A DNA stretch of 64,000 bases from Escherichia phage vB_EcoM_WFL6982. Every line of letters starts with the position of its first letter. Positions within the stretch are counted from its first letter, which is position 1. The stretch lies in sequence record MK373774.1; one strand, given 5' to 3'. Under the pieces are notes generated by a model. It was given only the letters and a program-made list of their open reading frames with translations. It was not told where the DNA came from and did not search any database. Shown here in pieces: positions 54,671 through 64,000 of this stretch. Both the position numbers and the translations under genes were made by a program.

Positions 54671-56755
54671 TCCTTGGACAAATTTAAACGGAACTGATTC
54701 TAAATCCATTAAAGATGCTAACAATTTCAAACCTTTAGGTGCACTAGTTTTTTCTACAAATGAAGAGAACGATACCGGCTCATCCGATTCGATTTCACCC
54801 GTCATAGCAACCACCTCGCCTGTTTCCATGAGAACATCACCATCGTAAATGACAGCTTCATCCAACTGGTCTGAGGACATGACTTCAGCTTGAATAAATT
54901 TAAGGTTAGATTCTAAACCTGCACCAGTGTCAGATGACGCATCTGTAATTTTATTTATCTGCAAGAGAATGCCTCTAGGCAAAATAATTTCTTGCTCATT
55001 AGGGTGATTACTCAACTGTCCTGGATAAATCACGTTAACTTTATGGGCGCCGTCAATAGCCCATCCAACGTTAACACGGATTTGTTCTGGCGCATGCATA
55101 GCGGTACGCACCAGACTAGGAGAAATAGTAACACCTTCATCATTATTGTCAATGTTAAGCTCTTTGCGAACTTCTTCAGGAGCAAGTCCAAGGGCAACGT
55201 TCTCTTTAAACCCACCGAAAATAATAGGAGCTAGTGAAGTGGAAACATAGTTTCTGAAGTAGAATACCTTATTTTTAACCATTGCTTCGTAAATAGGCAT
55301 TCTGATAGACTGAGCTCTATATAACGTTAGTCCTTCAGGTAAACGGTCTCCATTTAAAAACGCCGAATCAAGACCATCAATAGCGCGTTTAACTTCATCT
55401 TCATCTGCAACATCGTAAAAATCTGGTTTATAACGACCTAACAACATATTATTGATATCGGTATACGCAGAAGAGGCATATTCACGAATAGCTCGTTTTT
55501 CAGCAACAGAGTATTGTTTAGGGTCCCGATTCATTGTTATATTAAAGGTGCCTCTAGCCGATTCTCGTGCATAAGTATACATCACACTAGACAAGAACGC
55601 TGATTTACGTTGTTTCCAAGTTTTTTCAGATACTTCAGCTAAAACATCGTCGGCCAGTTGGAAATTATCACGTCTAAAATCTTCAAACCATTCGTCTTTA
55701 ATAGAGTCCGCAATTTCGTTTGCAGCTTCAACAAAAGCAGCTAATGCTTTAACAGATGTTGTTTTTTCAGTTTTAATTTTCTTAGCAAACTTTTCTAAAG
55801 TTGGCTTAATAACACTACCATAAGAAACTTCATCAGCAAATCTAAAGGATTCATCAATACGATTATAAATCTTATTTTCGATATCAGCAACTAAAGTGCC
55901 TTTTGCTGTGGATGATGCTTGGGCTAGTACGATTTCATATGCTTCAGGAAGTAATTCGGCTGTAGCCGGGCCACTAACTTCTTTAGCAGAATTTTCGTAT
56001 TTCTGGAATAACTCACCTTCTTGGCGGTCAGCTTCTAAAGATTGGCTTGCGGCAATAGCACGACGAGAAATTTTAGTACGAGCAATAACAGGCTTATCTT
56101 TACGTTTTTCTTCTACAGCAGCAATAGAACCGGCGATAGCCGTTTCTTTGGTGACCTTTTCGCCAGTCTTTTTACTCACATAAACTTCGCCAACATCAGA
56201 ATCTACTTTCGCGTACAACTCTGTGTTAATGTTAGGGATGCCTTTAATATCTTCAATGTTGGCATTTTTACGAACCATCATCACATAGGTGTGTTTACCT
56301 GTGAATTGATACATTGCCGACAATACTTTAAAACGACCACCGGTTTTAGTAGAAACTAAACGAGCAAGAAGAGTTTGAAGCTGCTGTCCACGTCCTTTCA
56401 ATTTCTTGGTAGGGAATCGGAATAGAACCGCATCCATACGAAGAGCTTTAACCTGTTCATATACTGTATTGAAAATGGTGTTGATTGCATCAATAGGAGC
56501 AGGACCAAGGCCATTTTTCAATTCAGCGAGATTACCCTTTTCAGACAGACTCATAATAACAACATGAGCGTATTTGTCGCCAAGTTTAACTTGTTTTACA
56601 GCGTCGCCTTCGGAAAGGTAAGAGAATAAACGAACTACGATGTTTGTATCAACATCACCAATTTTCCAGACTTGTGGAACTTTAGCTTTAGGGTTCAAAT
56701 TGACGACAGGAAGACTGCCTTCAGATTCAAACACTTCATTTAATTGTTCAGACAT
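54668..56755 (-). CDS. alt: ADP-ribosyltransferase Alt
   Basis: 695 aa; C-terminal R-S-E type motifs (LYRAQ, STSL, QEIILP); position between 54 and 30. Confidence 0.85.
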   Translation of the reverse strand: MSEQLNEVFESEGSLPVVNLNPKAKVPQVWKIGDVDTNIVVRLFSYLSEGDAVKQVKLGDKYAHVVIMSLSEKGNLAELKNGLGPAPIDAINTIFNTVYEQVKALRMDAVLFRFPTKKLKGRGQQLQTLLARLVSTKTGGRFKVLSAMYQFTGKHTYVMMVRKNANIEDIKGIPNINTELYAKVDSDVGEVYVSKKTGEKVTKETAIAGSIAAVEEKRKDKPVIARTKISRRAIAASQSLEADRQEGELFQKYENSAKEVSGPATAELLPEAYEIVLAQASSTAKGTLVADIENKIYNRIDESFRFADEVSYGSVIKPTLEKFAKKIKTEKTTSVKALAAFVEAANEIADSIKDEWFEDFRRDNFQLADDVLAEVSEKTWKQRKSAFLSSVMYTYARESARGTFNITMNRDPKQYSVAEKRAIREYASSAYTDINNMLLGRYKPDFYDVADEDEVKRAIDGLDSAFLNGDRLPEGLTLYRAQSIRMPIYEAMVKNKVFYFRNYVSTSLAPIIFGGFKENVALGLAPEEVRKELNIDNNDEGVTISPSLVRTAMHAPEQIRVNVGWAIDGAHKVNVIYPGQLSNHPNEQEIILPRGILLQINKITDASSDTGAGLESNLKFIQAEVMSSDQLDEAVIYDGDVLMETGEVVAMTGEIESDEPVSFSSFVEKTSAPKGLKLLASLMDLESVPFKFVQG

Positions 56756-56796
56756 AGTGTTTTCCTTTTAGTAATAATTTATATTTATGCCAAAAA

Positions 56797-56810
56797 GAGC
56801 CCGAAGGCTC
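56797..56810 (-). terminator. hairpin GAGCCUUCGGGCUC
   Basis: Hairpin plus T-run directly after the stop of the 56811 ORF. Confidence 0.45.
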
Positions 56811-56999
56811 TTAATCCACAATCGGAAGCAAAGTACGATAAACTTCAAAATTAGAGCCTTTTTCGTACTTATCGAAATTGTCCATAAAAATATGATAGGA
56901 ATCGTTATTAGGAAAATCTAATATAATCTGAGAGCAAGAGGTGGAAACATCTCCACCATCCTTCTTAGCTACAATAACTGTTTCTAAATAAGCTTTCAT
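56811..56999 (-). CDS. hypothetical small protein
   Basis: Start MKAYLET in TAATG overlap with the ligase stop. Confidence 0.5.
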   Translation of the reverse strand: MKAYLETVIVAKKDGGDVSTSCSQIILDFPNNDSYHIFMDNFDKYEKGSNFEVYRTLLPIVD

Positions 57000-58492
57000 T
57001 ATAAACCTGTCTGGGACCACGGTCCAAATACGTCTTCAAACGAATCCGCTTCTGTTTTATCAAAACGGAACCCTTTAATAATTGGGAGGAAAATACCTAC
57101 AGTGCCTTCACGTCCTTTAGAATGAACCCAACCATTGCATTCACAATCAGCAATACGTCCAATCAATTTACCTTCACGAGCTTCGGTCATTAATCGTTCA
57201 CGGTCCAAATCATGTCGCTCATCTAAAGGAATAAGAACCTTTACACCATCAACTGTTTTATGAGTTGTATCTTTAAACCCTGAACCACAATCGGTTGTAA
57301 TACGACGACAACGTGATACGAGTTCGACACCACCTAATTTGTTAGGGTCTTTAGAGTGTTCATAGTATCCTACAACTTCTAAAGCGATATCAATAACTTC
57401 TTTAAATTTAATTAGGTTCTTAGAACGTTTGTTTTCCCAATATGAATCACGGTTTTTAAGGATAATACCTTCAAGACCTTGGTCAACATATTTTTTATAA
57501 ACCACTTTAGCTTCGTCAAGATTACGAACTAACTGATTTTCAATTGGCTCAATTCGTTTAAAGCCTTCAGCCATATTTTCAAGAGCAGCAAAACGAACAT
57601 CGTATTTCTGACCTTTAATTTTGCCATCAGAATAGACTTCATCTAAAGGAACATAGTCCCAGGCTTGAAGAACCATACCTTCAGCTTCTTTAGGAGAAAT
57701 AGTCCCTTGAAGAGATTTATTTGCTAAACCGTTTGAAGTGCTACGGTCCGCAACTTGTACTTCTTCGGATTCTTCATTATCACCAAATAAGAACGACAGG
57801 TCATTTCCTGAGCTCACAGCCTTTTTAATATCAAATGAATGGTAAACTAATTCACCGTCGATTAAAACCCCATTAGGGTGTCTTTCACGAGCTTCTTTAG
57901 TCATTTCCATTAGTTCATCCGCTAATAGAGTAAGACCATGATATTCGTTGCCGGCACGAGAAAAGAATTGAACACCATCATCGCGAACTTCAGCGAAACA
58001 ACGAGCACCATCTGCTTTTAATTGGGCAAATGCGGGCCATTTAATATTTTTAGTAATCAATTTCTCGTCATATGCAGATGCTAACATCTGTGGTTGCAAT
58101 TGAATAAGTCCAGGCCACACCTTATTCGCGATAGACACTGAAGCACCTACTTCAAGATCGCGCATCATTACACGACGAAGGACTTCTACATCATCAGGTT
58201 TACCATCAGCGATATAACCCATGAGCTCTTTAATTGCAGCATTACCAGTGAGTTTACGAGTGGCTAATGTGAACTCAATAAAATCCAACATGTCATCTAA
58301 TTCAAGAAGACCATACGCTTGAGACCTTTCACCTGGTCCTGGCCATTTCTTAATATAATACTGGATACCACGTGCATATGTTAAACGATACACACGTTCA
58401 AGTAATTTGTTGTCCTTATTTTTCTTAAGGATTTCCTGTTTTGTTTTAGTAGAACCAATCGCAGCTATTTGGTTTAAAATATCTAAAATCAT
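56999..58492 (-). CDS. 30: ATP-dependent DNA ligase
   Basis: MILDILNQIAAIGSTK.. and adenylation motif KADGAR match T4 DNA ligase. Confidence 0.95.
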   Translation of the reverse strand: MILDILNQIAAIGSTKTKQEILKKNKDNKLLERVYRLTYARGIQYYIKKWPGPGERSQAYGLLELDDMLDFIEFTLATRKLTGNAAIKELMGYIADGKPDDVEVLRRVMMRDLEVGASVSIANKVWPGLIQLQPQMLASAYDEKLITKNIKWPAFAQLKADGARCFAEVRDDGVQFFSRAGNEYHGLTLLADELMEMTKEARERHPNGVLIDGELVYHSFDIKKAVSSGNDLSFLFGDNEESEEVQVADRSTSNGLANKSLQGTISPKEAEGMVLQAWDYVPLDEVYSDGKIKGQKYDVRFAALENMAEGFKRIEPIENQLVRNLDEAKVVYKKYVDQGLEGIILKNRDSYWENKRSKNLIKFKEVIDIALEVVGYYEHSKDPNKLGGVELVSRCRRITTDCGSGFKDTTHKTVDGVKVLIPLDERHDLDRERLMTEAREGKLIGRIADCECNGWVHSKGREGTVGIFLPIIKGFRFDKTEADSFEDVFGPWSQTGL

Positions 58493-58758
58493 TTGATGTC
58501 CTCGATTTTGGTTACGGTTCTATTATAAGCCACTTCATCTAGAAGCGATTTCAGCGTTTTCTGATAAGTTGTAATCCATTTACCGAGTCCTTCAACATAG
58601 TATTCTGAAATGTAGATGAACCCTTGTTCAACACACTCTTTAAATATTTCTGCGTCTTTTACTGAACGAAACAATGGCCAGTCTCGAAAGAACATGTTAA
58701 CGTGACCGTAGTCACGTGTGGTATTTTTGCCATCTGTAATATCATGAACTACAAACAT
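58489..58758 (-). CDS. hypothetical protein (30.1 position)
   Basis: 89-aa ORF, ATGA overlap with ligase start. Confidence 0.55.
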   Translation of the reverse strand: MFVVHDITDGKNTTRDYGHVNMFFRDWPLFRSVKDAEIFKECVEQGFIYISEYYVEGLGKWITTYQKTLKSLLDEVAYNRTVTKIEDIK

Positions 58759-58767
58759 AATTAACCC

Positions 58768-59592
58768 TTAACAATTTATAGACCAAGTCCATTTAGACGA
58801 ATCTAAAGGAAAGTTTTGAATCGTCCACCACGGCTGCATATCAGTTGGTCCTGGGGTTCGCCAGGTATATGGAGTACGTGTTGTCGAGGGGCCACCAATT
58901 TGATTAGGCCATGCACCTGGACTTGTTGCACCAGATTCTTTAAGCAAATCCGCCAATCGTTTTAAAAGGTCTTCACGATCTGAATCTGAATTATTCTTAG
59001 GCAGAACCAAACGAGATTCAATATCATCCCACGTGTGTACACGTTGTGCAGTACGAGGAATGGCATCACGTTCACCACGAGCCAACCAATAAATCGGTAC
59101 ATTAAGAATTTCTGCCGCATGGTCACAATGATGAGCTAAATCGTCAACGTAACAAATTACGTTATATTTTGTTTTAGCTAGTTCGAATAATTGTTCCTTT
59201 GAAGAATCATGACCACACATCATTACTTCAGAGAAAGCGCCTGGGAACAAAGCATTCAAATTAAATTGTCTATTCAATCGAGCATCAATTGAATCACCTA
59301 GCGCCGTCACGGCTACAAAATTATAGTCTTCTTTTAGTTTATTGATAACTCGAAGAGCATCAGAATAAGGCGCTAAGTAACGAATAAAATCAGAGCTATT
59401 ATATTTTTCTATTAATTGTTTACCAAGGTTATCGTCGGTGTTGAACAGTTTACCAGGAGAAATAAATTTTTCGTCCTGAATCATTTTTAAAATATGTTCT
59501 AATGGAAGGTTATATTTTTGGGCAAAATAAGGAAGTCCAGATTGCCAGCTTAAACATACACCATCAATATCAGTCAAAATAGTAGGCTTCAT
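58768..59592 (-). CDS. HAD-superfamily phosphatase-like protein with Trp/Pro-rich tail
   Basis: N-terminal ILTDIDGV (DxDG[TV] motif); C-terminal PGAWPNQIGGPSTTRTPYTWRTPGPTDMQPWWTIQNF. Confidence 0.6.
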   Translation of the reverse strand: MKPTILTDIDGVCLSWQSGLPYFAQKYNLPLEHILKMIQDEKFISPGKLFNTDDNLGKQLIEKYNSSDFIRYLAPYSDALRVINKLKEDYNFVAVTALGDSIDARLNRQFNLNALFPGAFSEVMMCGHDSSKEQLFELAKTKYNVICYVDDLAHHCDHAAEILNVPIYWLARGERDAIPRTAQRVHTWDDIESRLVLPKNNSDSDREDLLKRLADLLKESGATSPGAWPNQIGGPSTTRTPYTWRTPGPTDMQPWWTIQNFPLDSSKWTWSINC

Positions 59593-60056
59593 AAAGAGTC
59601 TCTTAATAGGTTTAACACGTCAATAAATTCATCTTCAGTTAGTATTGTATCATCTTTTGTTAGGTGGCTGGCCATGCTGTGCTTCAAAATTTTTCCTTTA
59701 GAGGCTTGTAAGGCATCACGAAACCCCTTGTTTTGGATCGCGGCTTCAAAATATGCATTTGTGTATAATTCTTTCCATGCTTCGGAGTATCTTGAAAATG
59801 GAACTCCTAACCAGAAGAGAGTCCCACGGTCCTGAGCTCTTGCGTAAGACCTTCCAGCTTGCTGTGCAGCCAATCCAGACAACCAAAATATACGTCTTTG
59901 TTGTTCAACATTTTTCACCTTACATCCTTGGAGAAATCCTTCAAGACCTCCGAATTGAATACCATCCATAACAAAAGGCCATTGAGCAAAGTTACTTAAT
60001 GCACATGACGGCCATTTGAAATTACTTCTTATTTCTAATTCAGACATCTTTAACAC
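59589..60056 (-). CDS. NADAR/YbiA-like (DUF1768) protein
   Basis: ALSNFAQWPFVMDGIQFGGLEGFLQGCK resembles the YbiA core FSNFAAWP..DG...SEHYFQAQK. Confidence 0.55.
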   Translation of the reverse strand: MLKMSELEIRSNFKWPSCALSNFAQWPFVMDGIQFGGLEGFLQGCKVKNVEQQRRIFWLSGLAAQQAGRSYARAQDRGTLFWLGVPFSRYSEAWKELYTNAYFEAAIQNKGFRDALQASKGKILKHSMASHLTKDDTILTEDEFIDVLNLLRDSL

Positions 60057-60258
60057 TTATAATTTCAACATCAGCCCAATGTCCGTATCCAGGTATACGG
60101 TCTTCGATAGATAAATTTCTGTCATTTTTAGGCATTTTAATTGACGTAACGTATGGTTCTAAACGGTTTTCCGCGTAATATGGAAAAACGTCGGTTACAC
60201 GATAAGTAACTTCAATCATTTCCGTACCAAACAATTTCTGGATTAATTTATTCAACAT
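60040..60258 (-). CDS. hypothetical small protein
   Basis: 72-aa ORF in operon. Confidence 0.4.
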   Translation of the reverse strand: MLNKLIQKLFGTEMIEVTYRVTDVFPYYAENRLEPYVTSIKMPKNDRNLSIEDRIPGYGHWADVEIISVKDV

Positions 60259-60445
60259 GTTTCAACCCTTTAATAGGAGATAACTCTTTACCCATACGTA
60301 TGTCAGAAGTCCCATCAACCCATTGAACAGCATACGCTTCATTGATAATTCCAGCGGCAGTTTTAAATTCGTTGAGAACTTTAAAAATCATCCCAGGGAT
60401 TCCAACACCTTTTAATTGGACTGTTTGTGCTATTAAAAATTTCAT
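60248..60445 (-). CDS. hypothetical small protein
   Basis: 65-aa ORF in operon. Confidence 0.4.
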   Translation of the reverse strand: MKFLIAQTVQLKGVGIPGMIFKVLNEFKTAAGIINEAYAVQWVDGTSDIRMGKELSPIKGLKHVE

Positions 60446-60499
60446 ATTTTTCCACTTACTAAAGAAATCATTATACTCTAATCCGTCCTTGGATGTACA

Positions 60500-61114
60500 C
60501 TACTTAATGAAATTAATTTCTACCGGATGAACAACAGGTTGAGCAGTGATATATTGAGTAATTGCTTTCATGACTAGAGCTTCAGAACCAGGATTTTTCT
60601 CAACGAATTCACGTGCTAGGTTATGAGCTTCGAGTTCACTCAATAAACCGGAACGCTGGCATCCACGGTCTTGAGTACCCTGTTCAGATAAAAGGACTAC
60701 TACATATTTTTCATCGTCGTAGGGCTTAGCCAGTTGAGCAAATGTTCCTTTACTTCCAAAAGGAGAGTTATGTCGCCACATCACGCCGTGAGGAGTTTCA
60801 ACCTTCGTATATTCGTGCGGTCCATTTTTCTTAGTTTCTTGATGTGGAACTTCATAGACTTTAGGGTTAGGACATTCAATAAAATGCTCATCTAAATCGG
60901 TCGAGAATATTAAAGTAAAACAATTACTGAATTTACCAACACCGGCCTGATAAATTTTACCTTCAGAAGTTCTAATTTCACAAACTGAGCCGGCATCAGT
61001 AACTTCTAAAACTTCAAAAGGCTCAATAAGGTCATATGAGAACATGTTTTTAAGGCGTGGAGTAATATCCCCATTTTTAAAATTCATTTTATAAAAAGTA
61101 TTAACTTTAAACAT
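60500..61114 (-). CDS. hypothetical protein
   Basis: Start MFKVNTFYK with GAGGAAA SD; longer frame would read through the upstream terminator hairpin. Confidence 0.55.
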   Translation of the reverse strand: MFKVNTFYKMNFKNGDITPRLKNMFSYDLIEPFEVLEVTDAGSVCEIRTSEGKIYQAGVGKFSNCFTLIFSTDLDEHFIECPNPKVYEVPHQETKKNGPHEYTKVETPHGVMWRHNSPFGSKGTFAQLAKPYDDEKYVVVLLSEQGTQDRGCQRSGLLSELEAHNLAREFVEKNPGSEALVMKAITQYITAQPVVHPVEINFIK

Positions 61115-61126
61115 AATTTCCTCAGT

Positions 61127-61142
61127 GGGAGCCGAAGCTCCC
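61127..61142 (-). terminator. hairpin GGGAGCUUCGGCUCCC
   Basis: UUCG-loop hairpin between the 61150 and 60500 ORFs. Confidence 0.45.
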
Positions 61143-61149
61143 AATTAAT

Positions 61150-61515
61150 TTAGATATCAAATTCGTTAAGAACTACATCAAAGATTGCTTCGAGATGTTC
61201 AGGTTTAGCTCGGTTACTCAGGATATGACGAATCCAAGTTTTAACCAGAAGTTTACGATTAACACCATTCCAGCAAGGATGAGTACCTAAATCACGCTGA
61301 CGGAAATCATCATCTAATGCAATTTTAAAATTTGAACCTTCCATCGTGATTGAAACCGTGATACCATTTTCAAATCGCATATAAACGTAATTAGGAGTCA
61401 TGCACTGTTCGATTTCACAAACTGTACCGTTTTCGTGTTTCCATAAGCAAATAACTTCAGAAGAACCAGCAATACCGTTAGAAACATATTTACGTTCGAA
61501 GTTGGTGTAGTTCAT
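61150..61515 (-). CDS. hypothetical protein
   Basis: Start MNYTNFERKY with GGAGA SD; longer frame begins with TTG and covers a promoter-like element. Confidence 0.5.
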   Translation of the reverse strand: MNYTNFERKYVSNGIAGSSEVICLWKHENGTVCEIEQCMTPNYVYMRFENGITVSITMEGSNFKIALDDDFRQRDLGTHPCWNGVNRKLLVKTWIRHILSNRAKPEHLEAIFDVVLNEFDI

Positions 61516-61534
61516 TTTATTCTCCAGATGTTTA

Positions 61535-61590
61535 AGTTGTTTGTTGGTACAGGTCTCTATAATAACATAACCTGTACCAAAGTAAACTGT
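61535..61590 (-). promoter_or_regulatory. T4-type early promoter with inverted repeat
   Basis: Minus strand GTTTAC-N17-TATTAT with GGTACAGG/CCTGTACC arms. Confidence 0.45.
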
Positions 61591-61591
61591 T

Positions 61592-61960
61592 TTATGCAAC
61601 TTTAATCCAATTGTCTAAATTTAAAACACCTTTGGCTTTCATTTTTTCTATCAGGTTATCTGCTGTAATGCGTCCATTTTGATACCATGTAACATCTTCA
61701 GAGTAACCAGTTTCTTCGTCAACATATGTTTCTGAACGAATTTTACCGGTAATAATAGTTTTTAATTCGTATGTGTCACCTGTGAAAAAGTTTGCTAACA
61801 CAATTTTCCAAGAGAAATCATCAGAAGGACCTTCAGGGGTCATACAACCTACGAACTCAAATTGCTCTTTGTATAACATCCACTGGAATTCTTTAATTTC
61901 GATAGCTTTATAACCATCGTGGTCTTTACATTTGATGTATGAGTTCAGATTGATTTTCAT
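61592..61960 (-). CDS. hypothetical protein
   Basis: 122-aa ORF downstream of an early promoter. Confidence 0.5.
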   Translation of the reverse strand: MKINLNSYIKCKDHDGYKAIEIKEFQWMLYKEQFEFVGCMTPEGPSDDFSWKIVLANFFTGDTYELKTIITGKIRSETYVDEETGYSEDVTWYQNGRITADNLIEKMKAKGVLNLDNWIKVA

Positions 61961-61984
61961 TTTGTTCTCCAGGTTGTTTTATTG

Positions 61985-62035
61985 ATTAGATGGTACAAGT
62001 CTATAGTAACACATCCTACAGGAGAGTAAACATCT
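61985..62035 (-). promoter_or_regulatory. T4-type early promoter
   Basis: Minus strand GTTTAC-N17-TACTAT-AGACTTGTACC. Confidence 0.5.
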
Positions 62036-62067
62036 TTTTAAACTTTTTCTGCCCTAAACGCACAAAA

Positions 62068-62085
62068 GGGAGACCGAAGTCTCCC
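62068..62085 (-). terminator. GGGAGACUUCGGUCUCCC hairpin terminator (minus strand)
   Basis: Third identical copy; followed by TTTTGTGCG on the minus strand. Confidence 0.7.
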
Positions 62086-62090
62086 TAAAA

Positions 62091-62270
62091 TTATGCAACA
62101 ACCTTTCCAAAACGAGAAGCATCATCTCGAAGAACTGCACGTGCTCTGCGCATGATCTTCTCAACTGTTTGATTAATACGAGAGTTCGACCCACGCTTGT
62201 ATCCAGCGCGTTTAGAGGTACCATCAACTTTCTTTTCAACTGCTTTCTTTGCTTTAGCTTGTTTTGCCAT
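62091..62270 (-). CDS. small lysine-rich basic protein (59 aa, below ORF-track threshold)
   Basis: Hand-translated minus frame MAKQAKAKKAVEKKVDGTSKRAGYKRGSNSRINQTVEKIMRRARAVLRDDASRFGKVVA; terminator immediately downstream. Confidence 0.5.
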   Translation of the reverse strand: MAKQAKAKKAVEKKVDGTSKRAGYKRGSNSRINQTVEKIMRRARAVLRDDASRFGKVVA

Positions 62271-62565
62271 TATAAATTCTCTTTAAATGAAAATGCAGGA
62301 CTTATTGACATTGCCTGCGCAAGCCCTCAAGGGGAACATAGGTTTTGGATATTTAACGACAGGATAACCATAAACCCGTCATCATACCAACCACGACTTA
62401 GACAGATAACCTTTTTCTGACGCGTGATAGTACAAAATACATTCAAGAGGTACACCGTAAAACTGCCGGGGCCTTAAAACTATAATGATTCGCAAATCAT
62501 TAATCAGACAGTTCGACGGCTCCTCGATTTTCTAGCCGCACTTAAGGTAGCGAATCACCTAAAAC

Positions 62566-62814
62566 TTATTTAAGGGTAATAACAAAATGACGTACTGCTT
62601 TACGAGCTGCAGAAGCCAAAGGCTTAGCATATTTCAGTTCATCTTTTGCTTCCAGTTCAGAGGCCAAAGCTGCCTGTACCGGGTTCAGATGTTTGAAATA
62701 ATGCAGGATTTCCAGTGCTTCGGCTTCAACATCAATCGACGCGCCGTAGTTTTCGTGACCGTTATTCCATGCGTTTCGTTGCAGTTCAAGAGCGTGTTGT
62801 AATTGTTTAATCAT
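62566..62814 (-). CDS. rIII: lysis inhibition accessory protein
   Basis: MIKQLQHALELQRNAWNNGHENYGASIDVEAEALEIL.. matches T4 RIII; 82 aa. Confidence 0.9.
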   Translation of the reverse strand: MIKQLQHALELQRNAWNNGHENYGASIDVEAEALEILHYFKHLNPVQAALASELEAKDELKYAKPLASAARKAVRHFVITLK

Positions 62815-62938
62815 TTTAAATTCTCAATTCGAGATAATATTTAGTAGCCACGTTCGTCTGAATTTCACCTTCTTTCGACAAGTCTCTCAGTTGTAGGCTA
62901 CCGCTTAGAAGAGTGTTCTCTTCATATAGTTATTTATA

Positions 62939-63271
62939 TCACTTATAAAGACACGGAATAGCTTTATAGTGGCATGTTACGAATTTCTGTTTAATTTCTT
63001 TAGGTTGTTTAAGTCCCAAAGCCACAAATGGATGTGGAACATTTCGAATTTGTCCAACTGGTAGTGGAGTCAAATCACCGACTTCAACAAAACCTTCAGG
63101 AACATCAGGACCTACAGAATGAACTACACATAGTTCAGGAACTTCACCTTGAACACGTTTACCAATCACAAGTCCTGATTCGGTAACTTCTTCATCACCT
63201 GCTTGAGCGGGTTCAGAAACCAGAATGACATATTCACCAACAGCACGAATTGGGAGTTGTACTTCAGACAT
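62939..63271 (-). CDS. 31: co-chaperonin (GroES analogue)
   Basis: [33 protein letters not shown].. matches T4 gp31. Confidence 0.95.
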   Translation of the reverse strand: MSEVQLPIRAVGEYVILVSEPAQAGDEEVTESGLVIGKRVQGEVPELCVVHSVGPDVPEGFVEVGDLTPLPVGQIRNVPHPFVALGLKQPKEIKQKFVTCHYKAIPCLYK

Positions 63272-63328
63272 CTTATTTCCTTGTTGTTTGACGATAGATT
63301 AATAATACCATACTATTCGTAAAGCATA

Positions 63329-63637
63329 TTACATAAGAAGCAAACGTTCTACCGGAGTACCATCAACCGAAATTACTTTATCAAGGCGGAAAGAACGCCA
63401 CTGACCTAACTTGGTATCGAATGCTCGAACTGATTCACGAGGTTCAGAACGAACTTCTGATGCCGGATTGTTATTTTCATATTTGACTTCAAGTTCATCG
63501 CGAGAAGCAAACATAGTGCGTACCTCACCGTTAGCCTTTTCAAATACAACACAATGAACGCCTACAGACAGAATAGTTTTAATACGTTCACGAAGAACCA
63601 TAGTTTCTTGTTCAGTTAAAATCATATTATTCACCAC
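63329..63637 (-). CDS. hypothetical protein (31.1/31.2 position)
   Basis: 102-aa ORF between 31 and cd. Confidence 0.5.
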   Translation of the reverse strand: MVNNMILTEQETMVLRERIKTILSVGVHCVVFEKANGEVRTMFASRDELEVKYENNNPASEVRSEPRESVRAFDTKLGQWRSFRLDKVISVDGTPVERLLLM

Positions 63638-64000
63638 AAAAGTTTCGGATTTGTTCCCAATTCAGAGAACGAAGATTATTACGAGAGTACTGAATTACTT
63701 CAATACCGGCTTGTTTTAGAATGTCTGCCCAATTTTCAGGAGATCGGTCGTATAATTCTGCATATACAACCTTTTTAATACCTGACTGTGTAATAGCTTT
63801 AGTGCAATCAGGACACGGAGAAAGCGTCGTATATAACGTAGCACCTTCAATAGAATTACCTTTACGAGCTGCAAATAAAATTGCATTCAGTTCAGCATGG
63901 ATTTCATTATTAGCAGACCATGCACTATGAGCGGCCCGATGTTCTTTAGCCAAAACAAAATTATCCACCCGTCCAAATGCTGTAGTGCCTTCTTTATGCC
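63627..64000 (-). CDS. cd: dCMP deaminase, 5' end beyond window
   Basis: Zinc-binding motifs HAELNAI and SPCPDC; frame remains open to the window edge. Confidence 0.85.
   Translation of the reverse strand, partial: HKEGTTAFGRVDNFVLAKEHRAAHSAWSANNEIHAELNAILFAARKGNSIEGATLYTTLSPCPDCTKAITQSGIKKVVYAELYDRSPENWADILKQAGIEVIQYSRNNLRSLNWEQIRNFCGE

Overview
This window is a T4-like (Tevenvirinae) phage genome segment, colinear with T4 from lysozyme gene e to the start of cd. Gene names are assigned from remembered T4 protein sequences and gene order; no database search was run. Coordinates 1-10900 are a minus-strand early region (e, nudE, accessory ORFs, a three-gene tRNA cluster, ipI, 57B/acb1, 57A, genes 1, 3, 2, 4). 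Coordinates 10964-54283 are the late structural block (53, 5-12, wac, 13-24, then rnlB/hoc/inh/uvsW/uvsY and baseplate hub genes 25-54), mostly plus-strand. Coordinates 54316-64000 are a second minus-strand early block (alt, ligase 30, the 30.x accessory ORFs, rIII, 31, partial cd). No CRISPR array, integrase or transposon was seen. The most notable departures from the T4 core are: (1) three tandem small paralogs sharing a C-terminal GWV[AS]SSxxC tail, next to two small membrane proteins and a 318-aa nucleotidyltransferase-like ORF; (2) an atypical putative homing endonuclease whose last codons overlap tRNA-Arg; (3) a small early gene with its own promoter inserted between capsid genes 23 and 24; (4) a NADAR/YbiA-like ORF beside a HAD-like ORF downstream of ligase; (5) a Hoc with one Ig-like domain; (6) a family of eight early promoters with covarying inverted repeats; (7) a roughly 330-bp ORF-free region with tRNA-like hairpins. 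I could not identify a single clearly novel multi-gene system with confidence; the paralog/membrane-protein cluster is the best candidate.
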